Below, in pieces: positions 21,016 through 28,919 of a stretch of DNA of 64,000 bases; the stretch's first letter is position 1, and each line of letters opens with the position of its first letter. A program made the translations under genes and the position numbers. Source of the DNA: a bacterium (GTDB lineage: Bacteria > UBA8248); contig OY843592.1 of NCBI GenBank assembly GCA_963692865.2, positions 736,001 through 800,000 of the forward strand. The letters are read 5' to 3'. A model generated the notes under the pieces. That model ran no database searches, had not been told where the DNA came from, and saw only the letters and a list, made by a program, of their open reading frames with translations.

Positions 21016-21978
21016 GTGAGCGACAAGAACCTGCAAGCGATATCATCTGCAAGTCGTCAGATTGCGCTTGTCGGGCGTTCCGGACAACCGTCTCCACAAG
21101 TAGGGAACGAATCGCAAGAACCTCATGTTCGAGTTGACTCGTTGAACAGAGCGCCATTCGAGGCTATTTCTCGCCCAATGGTGATTTGTGGCGATGCCAC
21201 GCAAGCTCTGAAGCTTCTCCCTGAAAAGTCCATTCAAACGGTTGTCACGTCACCGCCCTATTGGTCATTGCGCGATTACGGGGTTGAGGAACAGATTGGG
21301 CGGGACGACAGTCTGCGGAGCTATGTCAAGAGCATCGTTTGCACCTTCGAGCAGATAAGGCGCGTCTTGCGCGACGATGGCACTGTTTGGCTGAACGTTG
21401 GTGATTCCTACACATCCGGCAACCGGAGATATCGTGCGCCAGATCGGAAAAACCGTGCACGCGCCATGTCAGTGCGACCGCCTACGCCAGAAGGACTGAA
21501 ACCAAAAGACTTGATAGGTGTTCCTTGGAGATTGGCGTTCGCTCTGCAAGATGCGGGTTGGTGGGTACGAAGTGAAGTCATATGGCACAAGCCGAATGCC
21601 CATCCGGAGTCCGTTCGAGACCGACCGACCAAAGCTCATGAGACGGTTTTCCTCTTGTCAAAGGACAAGGGCTATTACTACGACCACGAAATCGTCAAGG
21701 GGCCGCGCGACCGTCGCCTGCGAACGGTTTGGGAGATTCCCACTGAACCGGTGAAGCGCGTGAATGGGAAAGCAGATGACCATCCCGCGATGATGCCTCT
21801 CACGCTTGCTCGATGCTGTGTAGCCATTACAAGCCGCGATGACAGTATCGTACTCGACCCGTATGCGGGTTCGGGAACAACGCTTCTGGCGGCGCGTGAA
21901 CTCGGGCGAAGGTGGGTTGGGATTGAAATCAAGCCCGCTTTCGTGGACCTGATTGAACGGCGGTTGTGCGTGTCATGA
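21016..21978 (+). CDS. Beta-class DNA methyltransferase (N4-cytosine type, M.SmaI/M.Cfr9I-like)
   Basis: Motif IV TSPPYW precedes motif I DPYAGSGTT; LNVGDSY...TPEGLKPKDL...PWRLAFALQ...PESVRDRPT matches the M.SmaI/Cfr9I pattern as I recall it; codon usage unlike neighbours. Confidence 0.9.
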   Translation: MSDKNLQAISSASRQIALVGRSGQPSPQVGNESQEPHVRVDSLNRAPFEAISRPMVICGDATQALKLLPEKSIQTVVTSPPYWSLRDYGVEEQIGRDDSLRSYVKSIVCTFEQIRRVLRDDGTVWLNVGDSYTSGNRRYRAPDRKNRARAMSVRPPTPEGLKPKDLIGVPWRLAFALQDAGWWVRSEVIWHKPNAHPESVRDRPTKAHETVFLLSKDKGYYYDHEIVKGPRDRRLRTVWEIPTEPVKRVNGKADDHPAMMPLTLARCCVAITSRDDSIVLDPYAGSGTTLLAARELGRRWVGIEIKPAFVDLIERRLCVS

Positions 21979-22730
21979 CGCTCGATGAACTCAAGGCGAC
22001 TCTCGATTCGTTCTCACCGGTCAAGATCGAATTCGTTGCAAGGGTTATGGAATCTTTGGCGAATCCTCCGAGTGCTAACATTCGATCCAGAGGAACATGG
22101 CTGACAAGCGAGCCGGACTGGATTGAATACTTCGGGCTTGCTTTATCGGTTCACCATGGAGCTACTACTGAGCCGCTGGGGCTCTCGTCGTTTGAGGCGG
22201 TGTTCAGAAACGCTTGTGAGCACCTTGGCTGGCCGATTGATCCTCCGGGCTCACGAACCCGGCGATTCGTTGATATGGTCGTTCGGCCTAAGTCAGGCAA
22301 CCGTCGGCGATTGTCTCTAAAGTCCACTGCCGCCAAGAACTTATCCAGGACAACGTTGCATATTTCCAAACTGACGGAGGCAGCATGGGTTCAGGACGCA
22401 CGTACCGCCAGAGATCGACGAGCCCGTACACTTGAGTTATTCAGGGAATACCAGAGGGCCGTTAAGCAGATAGTCATGCTCCGTGCGTTTCGGGAAGACA
22501 TTGGCAAGATACCGTATAAGTATCAGCTCGTTGAGGTTCCAGTCCGCATCTTTGATTCCATTCAGGAGGTACCGCTGAGAGTCTTTGAACGGGATGCGCC
22601 AGTAATCGAATGTACCGTTGGAGATCGCGTGGTGGCAGTTGTGGCCATCGACCGGTCCGATGCAAAGATTACAGTCCGGCGAGTTCAACTTTCTGCCTGC
22701 ACCGTTCATGTGGAATGGGATAGAGCGTAA
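21975..22730 (+). CDS. Putative type II restriction endonuclease (SmaI-like)
   Basis: ATGA overlap with the MTase. Segments FGLALSVHH, SRTRRFVD...SLKSTAAKNLSRTTLHISKLTE, YQLVEVP and CTVHVEWD resemble R.SmaI from memory (not computed). Confidence 0.7.
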   Translation: MTLDELKATLDSFSPVKIEFVARVMESLANPPSANIRSRGTWLTSEPDWIEYFGLALSVHHGATTEPLGLSSFEAVFRNACEHLGWPIDPPGSRTRRFVDMVVRPKSGNRRRLSLKSTAAKNLSRTTLHISKLTEAAWVQDARTARDRRARTLELFREYQRAVKQIVMLRAFREDIGKIPYKYQLVEVPVRIFDSIQEVPLRVFERDAPVIECTVGDRVVAVVAIDRSDAKITVRRVQLSACTVHVEWDRA

Positions 22731-22808
22731 CGGGGGACGTAGTGCCAGTGAAGTCCGCCGGCGCATCGGCGGGGAATGAAACGCCGCCGTTTATTCACCC
22801 GCACCCGC

Positions 22809-22881
22809 AAATGGATTCCGGCTTTCGCCGGAATGACGGCAGTGGTCGATTCCGACCGATGAGGGGTTTTTCAACAACCCC
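22809..22881 (-). repeat. Right-end copy of the MITE/repeat family
   Basis: AAATGGATTCCGGCTTTCGCCGGAATGACGGCAGTGG...TTTTTCAACAACCCC is an inverted, diverged copy of about 15832-15905. Confidence 0.8.
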
Positions 22882-22972
22882 GGGTAGCGGAGATTCACGC
22901 CCGGAGCGATATTGAAAATGAAGCGCGTCCTGCCGCCGGGCGGTTCTTGTGGTTTTTAAGGGAGATTTGCCG

Positions 22973-23218
22973 ATGTCGGACGCAGAAGTGACGGTCTATT
23001 CGTCCACGTTCTGAGCGCCGTGCAAGGCGGTGAAAGAGTTTCTTTCCCATCACGGCGTGGCGTATACGGAAAAACTCGTTGATCAGGACGAGGAAGCCCT
23101 GGAGGAACTCTTCCGGCGGGCGAACATGCGGGCCACGCCCGTCATATTCATCGGCGAGGAGAAAGTGGTCGGTTTCGACCGGGCGAAGCTCCAGGCGCTT
23201 TTGGGGCTCGCCGCGTGA
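22973..23218 (+). CDS. Glutaredoxin/NrdH-like selenoprotein (UxxC; Sec at TGA 23012-23014), 81 aa
   Basis: AGGGAG RBS, then MSDAEVTVYSSTF-TGA-APCKAVKEFLSHHGVAY...ATPVIFIG...VGFD. The UGA occupies the first Cys position of the CxxC, and a SECIS-like hairpin follows. The ORF track reports only the part from 23030. Confidence 0.88.
23015..23058 (+). promoter_or_regulatory. Putative bacterial SECIS element for the glutaredoxin UGA
   Basis: Outer stem GCGCCGTG/CACGGCGT, inner stem GAAAGA/TCTTTC (23032-23046), apical loop GTT starting 23 nt after the UGA. Confidence 0.7.
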
Positions 23219-23514
23219 ACGGGAGGCGGAAGACGCTTCCCTGCCCCGGCTGAGGGCAGCGCATACCCGTCCCGTGGGGCGCGAAGCCGCGCGATCTGAT
23301 CGATTGCGAGAACTGAGCGGGCGTCAGGTTCCGCCTGGGCCGGGCGGAGGGGGCGGAAGCGCTCACCGTCGCGCAGATGGTCTCATGCCCCCTTTGCGGT
23401 GAGTACGTTCCGGTGGATGAGGATACCCCGCCAGGCGCCGTCGTGGAGCACGACGGAAAGAAGCTGCGACTCGAAAAAGAGTTCGGCGCGTTCATCCTCA
23501 CGCCTGCGGAGTAG
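23215..23514 (+). CDS. Putative two-selenocysteine tandem zinc-ribbon-like protein (C10xxU13, C31xxU34, C58xxC61, H79), 99 aa
   Basis: GTGA overlap with the glutaredoxin stop. Read-through gives MNGRRKTLPCPGUGQRIPVPWGAKPRDLIDCENUAGVRFRLGRAEGAEALTVAQMVSCPLCGEYVPVDEDTPPGAVVEHDGKKLRLEKEFGAFILTPAE*, with TGAs at 23251 and 23314. Absent from the ORF track. Confidence 0.8.
23268..23281 (+). promoter_or_regulatory. Putative SECIS hairpin after UGA 23251
   Basis: CGTCC-CGTG-GGGCG; 5-bp stem with one G-U pair, loop with GU starting 19 nt after the UGA. Short stem. Confidence 0.45.
23329..23349 (+). promoter_or_regulatory. Putative SECIS hairpin after UGA 23314
   Basis: TTCCGCCTG-GGC-CGGGCGGAG; 9-bp stem with a G-first loop starting 21 nt after the UGA. 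Confidence 0.6.
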
Positions 23515-23646
23515 AGGCGGTTTGTGCGGGAACACAAGCGCAGGGCAAGCAATGGGGGTTATTTTCTTCGCAATGGATTCTTTGATAGAGTGTCTTTGCG
23601 CTCGTGGAGAGCGCATTCAGGGCGATGAAGCGCAAGGGAGCAAGCG

Positions 23647-24039
23647 ATGGCTTCTCAACCGCAGGCCGCTGTCCGACCAGCCCGGATTGGCAAATTGAAC
23701 CGGGATTTGCTCGCGCAATTGAAGGAGTTCGAAAATACTCCCGAGGAGGAGCGCTGGCCGGGCGCAACGTGGCCTACGCCTCAGGCGTTTCGGGACGCGG
23801 AGGCGTTCGTTCGTAAGCTGCCGCTGGATTCGGTTCCCATGCCCGATATAGGGCTGGCCGATGACGGAGAAGTCAATTTTCTGTGGAAAAAAGACGGGGT
23901 TCACGTTGATCTGGGATTTTACGGGACGGGCGCCTACTCCTATTTTGCGCGCGGGAAATCGGGGAACAAAATTTATGAAGAGGATGCTCTCGTATCGGAT
24001 GATTTTCCCGGTGAAATTCTAGCATTGTTCAAAAACTGA
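23647..24039 (+). CDS. Hypothetical protein (possible antitoxin/partner)
   Basis: 130-aa ORF with GGGAG RBS; W-x-G-A...P-x-IG...DGEV..LW pattern; closely followed by the next ORF. Confidence 0.7.
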   Translation: MASQPQAAVRPARIGKLNRDLLAQLKEFENTPEEERWPGATWPTPQAFRDAEAFVRKLPLDSVPMPDIGLADDGEVNFLWKKDGVHVDLGFYGTGAYSYFARGKSGNKIYEEDALVSDDFPGEILALFKN

Positions 24040-24046
24040 CAATACG

Positions 24047-24550
24047 TTGCCGCTCCCAGTATTACACCTCGATGAGTCGAAGAGCGCCGCGCCGGAAATT
24101 TCTCCCGGAATCGTTGAAGACGAAGAACATCTGATTCGCGAAATGTTCAATCCGCAACATATCAACGAAGAAGGGGAAGTAATCGAAAGAGCCATTTCCG
24201 TGAATGAACTGCTTGCAGACGGTTTTTCCGTTCATAGAATACGACATGTTTCGAAGGAATTCGTGGAAAAATCCATACAGGCGAGATTGTCGAGAAAAAG
24301 GAAAGAGCCCTGGACGAGTGAAGGCGTGTCCAGACTAAAGACTCTGGCGGTTCGTCAGATTCTCCTGGACAACGAAAGGGCGTTTGTCGTTATCGATACG
24401 GCCACGGAAGACAATCCCGGACATGCGAGCATCTATTTTGCCGCGCCTCAAAAAGGCAAGGCGTATGCGCGCGATGCGCGTGGTTTCCTTTTGCCGCTTC
24501 TTCAAAACAGGGTCACCCTCGATGAGGCGTATGAGGGCGCAACCGGTTAG
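24047..24550 (+). CDS. Hypothetical protein, possibly RES/ADP-ribosyltransferase-like fold
   Basis: 167-aa AT-richer ORF with LIREMFNP, GFSVHR and DNPGHASI segments; fold assignment is inference. Confidence 0.6.
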   Translation: MPLPVLHLDESKSAAPEISPGIVEDEEHLIREMFNPQHINEEGEVIERAISVNELLADGFSVHRIRHVSKEFVEKSIQARLSRKRKEPWTSEGVSRLKTLAVRQILLDNERAFVVIDTATEDNPGHASIYFAAPQKGKAYARDARGFLLPLLQNRVTLDEAYEGATG

Positions 24551-24604
24551 TCATTCGGAGCAACATTGTATATAATCCCTTTTCCTTAATTTTGGAGATT
24601 CATA

Positions 24605-25561
24605 GTGGCTGAACGCGATTTTGAAATCATCATCATCGGGGCGGGGCCGGCCGGGCTGACGGCGGGGCTGTATACGGCGCGCTCGAAGCTGAACGTGGTC
24701 TGCTATGAAAAACTCGCGCCCGGCGGCGAGATTCTCAACACCGAGCACGTGGAGGACTACCCGGGCTTCGAGCTGGTCGGCGGCCAGGAGCTGGCGGCCA
24801 AATTCGCCGATCACGCCATGAAGTTCGGCCTCAAGATCGAGATGGAGGAAGTCACCGAGGTCAGAAAGGACGGGGACGATTTCATCGTCACGACCGACAT
24901 GGGCGTGCGCCGCTGCGGCGCGGTGATCTACACGCCAGGCGGGCATCCGAAGAAGCTCGGCATTCCGGGCGAGGAGCAATACGCCGGCAAGGGCGTGAGC
25001 TACTGCGCGCTCTGCGACGGCGCGTTCTTCCAGGACGAGGTCATCACCGTAATCGGCGGCGGGAACAGCGCCGTGGAAGAGGGCCAGTTCCTCACGAAGT
25101 ACGGCACGAAGGTCTACATCATCCACCGCCGCGACCAGTTCCGCGCCCATGCGGTCCTGGTGGACAAGATCCGCGAGAACCCGAAAGTCGAGATCATCAC
25201 CGACTACGTGGCCGAAGAAGTCGTCGGCGACGACCGGGAGATGAAGAAACTGCGCATCCGGAACGTCAAGACCGACGAGACGAAAGAGATCGACGCGACG
25301 GGCCTTTTCGTCTTCATCGGTTTTATTCCGAACACGGATTTGATAAAAGATCACGTGGAAAAGGACGATGCCGGTTTCATCCTCACGGACCAGAACATGG
25401 AGACCAACGTTCCGGGCCTGTTCGTGGCCGGTGATTGCAGAAGCCAGTTGATTCGCCAGATCACCAACGCGTCGGGCGACGCGACGACGGCGGCGGTGGC
25501 GGCGGAGAAATATCTCGAAGCCCAGGAAGAGGCCAGGAAACAGGCCGCGGCGGCTTCCTAG
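24605..25561 (+). CDS. trxB: Thioredoxin-disulfide reductase
   Basis: IIGAGPAGLTA, GKGVSYCALCDG (redox CxxC), GGGNSAVEEG, IHRRDQFRA, PGLFVAGD. Confidence 0.95.
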   Translation: MAERDFEIIIIGAGPAGLTAGLYTARSKLNVVCYEKLAPGGEILNTEHVEDYPGFELVGGQELAAKFADHAMKFGLKIEMEEVTEVRKDGDDFIVTTDMGVRRCGAVIYTPGGHPKKLGIPGEEQYAGKGVSYCALCDGAFFQDEVITVIGGGNSAVEEGQFLTKYGTKVYIIHRRDQFRAHAVLVDKIRENPKVEIITDYVAEEVVGDDREMKKLRIRNVKTDETKEIDATGLFVFIGFIPNTDLIKDHVEKDDAGFILTDQNMETNVPGLFVAGDCRSQLIRQITNASGDATTAAVAAEKYLEAQEEARKQAAAAS

Positions 25562-25583
25562 CGTTCAAGGCGAGGAGAGGGAA

Positions 25584-26132
25584 ATGGAGTTCACCAGAGG
25601 GATTCAGAAGTTCTTTCTCTGGGACATCGTGAAGGGCATGTCCGCCACGCTGCGGCACATGTTCAAGAAACCCGTCACGCTGCAATACCCGACCGAGCGG
25701 TGGGAGCCGCCCGAGCGCTTCCGCGGATTCTTGGGTCTGACGCGCGACTTCAAGACGGGCGAGGAACTCTGCATCGGCTGCCTGAACTGCGAGAAGGCCT
25801 GCCCGGTCGACTGCATCACCATCGTCACGGCGGGCAAGGGCCGCGAGATGTACGCCAAGGAGTTCTACATCGACTACATGCGCTGCATGTACTGCGGGCT
25901 CTGCACCGAGGCGTGCCCCACGACGCCCAAATCCATCGTTCACACCCACCAGTACGAGACGCCCGGCTATTTCCGCGACGATCTCGTCTACGAGAAAGAG
26001 CGCCTCTACGACGTCTGGGAGAAAGAGGTGAACTACACCGGCCCCAGGCCGTGGGGCAAGCTGTTCGGCCTGAGGAACCAGGAGGCGGACACGCGGCCCG
26101 AAACCCCCGCCGAGACGGCGCCCGCCGAATAG
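25584..26132 (+). CDS. nuoI: NuoI-like 2x[4Fe-4S] subunit
   Basis: VTLQYP, RFRG, CIGCLNCEKACP, RCMYCGLCTEACP. Confidence 0.85.
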   Translation: MEFTRGIQKFFLWDIVKGMSATLRHMFKKPVTLQYPTERWEPPERFRGFLGLTRDFKTGEELCIGCLNCEKACPVDCITIVTAGKGREMYAKEFYIDYMRCMYCGLCTEACPTTPKSIVHTHQYETPGYFRDDLVYEKERLYDVWEKEVNYTGPRPWGKLFGLRNQEADTRPETPAETAPAE

Positions 26133-26155
26133 CGGGCTTCCCTGGCGGAATCCCC

Positions 26156-27328
26156 TTGAATCTTTTTACCGCCGATTTCGACGACATCCGTTCGGGCAAG
26201 GTGGCGGACGTCTACTTCGAGCGCACCCTCAAGATTCTCGAAGCAAAAGGCGTCCGAAAGAACGTGCGCGCGGAATTCGCGGTCAAGTCGCTTCCGTCGG
26301 GCTGGGGCGTGTTCACGGGTCTCGAGGAAATCCTGCGCCTTCTCGAAGGGTTCCCCGTGGACGTTCGCGCCGTTCCCGAGGGAACGGTTTTCCGGTCCTC
26401 CCAGCCCGTTCTGGAAATTTCGGGAACCTACAACGATTTCTGCAGGCTGGAGACCCCCGTCCTGGGGCTGATGTGCCAGGCGAGCGGGGTCGCCACCAAG
26501 GCGGCGCGGTGCCGCATCGCGGCCGAGGGCAGGCAACTCGTGAGCTTCGGCGCGCGCAGGATTCATCCCGCCATCGCGCCGATGGTCGAGCGCGCGGCCT
26601 ACGTCGGCGGCTGCGACGGCGTCGCCCTCGTCAAGGGCGCCGAGCTTCTGGAGATACCGGCGGCGGGCACGATGCCCCACGCGCTGGTGATTCTCATGGG
26701 CGGCCTCGTCCCTGCGGCCAAGGCGTTCGATGAGGTCATCGAGCCGGAAGTGGGCCGCGTCGCGCTTGTGGACACGTTCGCCGATGAGCGGTTCGAGGCG
26801 CTGGAGGCGGCGCGCGCGCTGACGGATCGCCTCTCGGCCGTGCGGGTGGATACGCCTGCGTCCAGGCGGGGGGATATGCGCCAGATTCTCGAGGAAATCC
26901 GCTGGGAGCTCGACCGCGCGGGATTCCCGCACGTGAAGCTCTTCGTGAGCGGGGGGTTGAGCGAGGAGAAGATTCTGGAACTGAACCCCGTGGTGGACGG
27001 CGGCTACGGCGTGGGCACTTCCGTGAGCGCGGCGGCCACGATCGATTTCTCGATGGACATCGTCGAGGTGGACGGCGAGGCAATCGCCAAGCGCGGCAAG
27101 CGCTCCGGCGGCAAGCACCTGCTGCGCTGCCGCGACTGCGGGGCGGAGCGCGTCATCCCGATGGACAAACCCTACGGGGATTGCGCATCCTGCGGCGGCG
27201 TGGTGGAGCAGCTCCTCGCCGAAGTGATGAAAGGCGGCGAGCGCACGGACTCCGCGCCTTCCGCGAAGGAGATCAGAAGCTACGTCTTGCGCCAGATACA
27301 CCGCGTGAGCCTGGATTCATCCGCATGA
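26156..27328 (+). CDS. pncB: Nicotinate phosphoribosyltransferase with C-terminal CxxC...CxxC
   Basis: DVYFERT, SFGARR, GTMPHA, LVDTF, VRVDTP, YGVGT, MDIVEVDG; TTG start inferred. Confidence 0.88.
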   Translation: MNLFTADFDDIRSGKVADVYFERTLKILEAKGVRKNVRAEFAVKSLPSGWGVFTGLEEILRLLEGFPVDVRAVPEGTVFRSSQPVLEISGTYNDFCRLETPVLGLMCQASGVATKAARCRIAAEGRQLVSFGARRIHPAIAPMVERAAYVGGCDGVALVKGAELLEIPAAGTMPHALVILMGGLVPAAKAFDEVIEPEVGRVALVDTFADERFEALEAARALTDRLSAVRVDTPASRRGDMRQILEEIRWELDRAGFPHVKLFVSGGLSEEKILELNPVVDGGYGVGTSVSAAATIDFSMDIVEVDGEAIAKRGKRSGGKHLLRCRDCGAERVIPMDKPYGDCASCGGVVEQLLAEVMKGGERTDSAPSAKEIRSYVLRQIHRVSLDSSA

Positions 27329-27341
27329 GCAAAGAAACAGC

Positions 27342-28382
27342 ATGAGCGCGGAGACGGAAGAAAGCCCGAGCCGCTTTCAGCCCTTAAGAGATTTCCTCGC
27401 AAAACACCAACGCTTCCTGCTTCTCACCCACATCGGACCCGACGGCGACGGCCTCCTCGCGTGCGTTGCGCTCAGCCGCTACCTCCGCGGGATCGGCAAA
27501 CACGCCACCGTCGTCACCGAGGACAGGGTGCCCGCCTTCGCCGCGCCCTTCGATCCGGAGGGCCTCGTGCGCTCGCGGAAAGATATTCTCGCGCTGGAGG
27601 ACTGGGCGGAGCGCTTCGATGCGTGCCTCATCCTGGACACCGGCAAGGCGAGCCGCCTGGGCAGGCTGGAGGAGCCGCTCAAGGCCGGTGGGCTGCCCCT
27701 GGCCGTGGTGGATCACCACATCCGCGAGGAGGACAACATCGATTGCCCCTCCGTCATCGACCCGAAGGCCGCCGCGGTGGGCGAGATGATCGCGGATTAC
27801 CTGGATGAGGAGGGCCACCCGTTCGATGACTTGCTCATCACCCGCGCGCTCATGGCGTGCCTCGTCTACGACACGGGCCAGTTCCGCTTCACGAACACGA
27901 CCAGGCGCACGCTTGGCTGGGCGTCGCGCTTCGTCGCGCTCGGCGCGAGTCCCGGGGAAGCCTACTCGATCTTCTGGGAATCGAACGGCGCTGGCTCGGT
28001 GAAGCTGCTCGGCGCGCTGATGAGCCGCATGGCGCTCGACTGCGGGGGGCGCCTCGCCTGGTTCACCCTGAGCGCGCAGGAACTGGACCGCTTCGGGGTC
28101 TCGCGCTCCGAGACGGAGGAATACATTTCGGTTCCCCGCTCCATAGAGTCCGTCGAGGTCATCGCCTTTTTGTCCGAACTCGAGAACGGGCGAATCCGCG
28201 TGAGCATGCGCTCGAAGGGCCGGGTGGAGATTCACGACGTGGCGCGCACCTTCGGCGGCGGCGGCCACGCCTTCGCCGCGGGCGCGCGCATGCGGCCCCC
28301 GCTCGAAGAGGCGGCGCGGCTCGTCAGCGCCGCGCTCGCCGAGAAGATACGCGACGTCCTCGGCCCCGACCAGGGCGCCTAG
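27342..28382 (+). CDS. DHH/DHHA1 phosphoesterase (NrnA-like)
   Basis: HIGPDGD, VDHH, YDTGQF, VSMRSKG, GGGGHAFAAG. Confidence 0.9.
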   Translation: MSAETEESPSRFQPLRDFLAKHQRFLLLTHIGPDGDGLLACVALSRYLRGIGKHATVVTEDRVPAFAAPFDPEGLVRSRKDILALEDWAERFDACLILDTGKASRLGRLEEPLKAGGLPLAVVDHHIREEDNIDCPSVIDPKAAAVGEMIADYLDEEGHPFDDLLITRALMACLVYDTGQFRFTNTTRRTLGWASRFVALGASPGEAYSIFWESNGAGSVKLLGALMSRMALDCGGRLAWFTLSAQELDRFGVSRSETEEYISVPRSIESVEVIAFLSELENGRIRVSMRSKGRVEIHDVARTFGGGGHAFAAGARMRPPLEEAARLVSAALAEKIRDVLGPDQGA

Positions 28383-28756
28383 ACGCCGAACTCCTTGAAC
28401 ACGCGAAGCGACTCGTCCGTCGCGCCCACGGCGTTGGGAGCGCCCGCGTAGATCGCGCATATCAGGATGATCTCCTGGATTTCCTCTTTCGTCATGCCGA
28501 TGCGGAGCGCCGCCTTGGCGTGGTAGCCGAATTCCCTGTCCCGGCCCTGGGCGCACAGGACGGAGAGGATCACGGTTTCGCGGGTCTTGTCGTCGATGCC
28601 GTCTCGCGCGTAGAGATCGCCGTACACGGATTCGGTGACGAACTGCGCGAACGCGGGGCTCGCCTCCGCGAACGCCTGGCGCCTCTCCTCGCCTTCTTCG
28701 CCGAAGATTCTCGCGCGGGTTTTCAGTCCTCTCTCGAGGCGTGTTTCTTCACTCAT
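28379..28756 (-). CDS. Carboxymuconolactone decarboxylase family protein
   Basis: YGDLYARDGIDDKTRE, HAKAALRIG, IYAGAP. Confidence 0.88.
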   Translation of the reverse strand: MSEETRLERGLKTRARIFGEEGEERRQAFAEASPAFAQFVTESVYGDLYARDGIDDKTRETVILSVLCAQGRDREFGYHAKAALRIGMTKEEIQEIILICAIYAGAPNAVGATDESLRVFKEFGV

Positions 28757-28919
28757 CTAACCGACCTCCTGTCTTGGGACGGGCGAAAAAGCCCATCCGG
28801 AATGAAAACGGGCGGCCCCCCACCGGGGGCTCGCGGGTGGTTTTGCCGGGATGCTTCTGTGGGCTTATATTGAATAGCGTATGTGGATGCGCATTTCCAC
28901 GCCATCAGGGAGATTCGAC

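Noticed and set aside
22973-23514. Alternative genetic code (UGA = Trp or Gly) as explanation for the in-frame TGAs
   Set aside because: Many intact genes here end in TGA (e.g. rsmI, engB, and the glutaredoxin itself), Trp is TGG, and all three in-frame TGAs fall on Cys positions.
22973-23514. Pseudogenisation by three TGC/TGT-to-TGA nonsense mutations
   Set aside because: It would need three independent hits at CxxC cysteines with no frameshifts or other stops, while RBS, coupling and hairpins stay intact. Unlikely, but not formally excluded without seeing sel genes.
23215-23514. Calling the ribbon protein LysW
   Set aside because: The knuckle spacing is similar, but there is no C-terminal EDWGE motif and no lysX/argX context.
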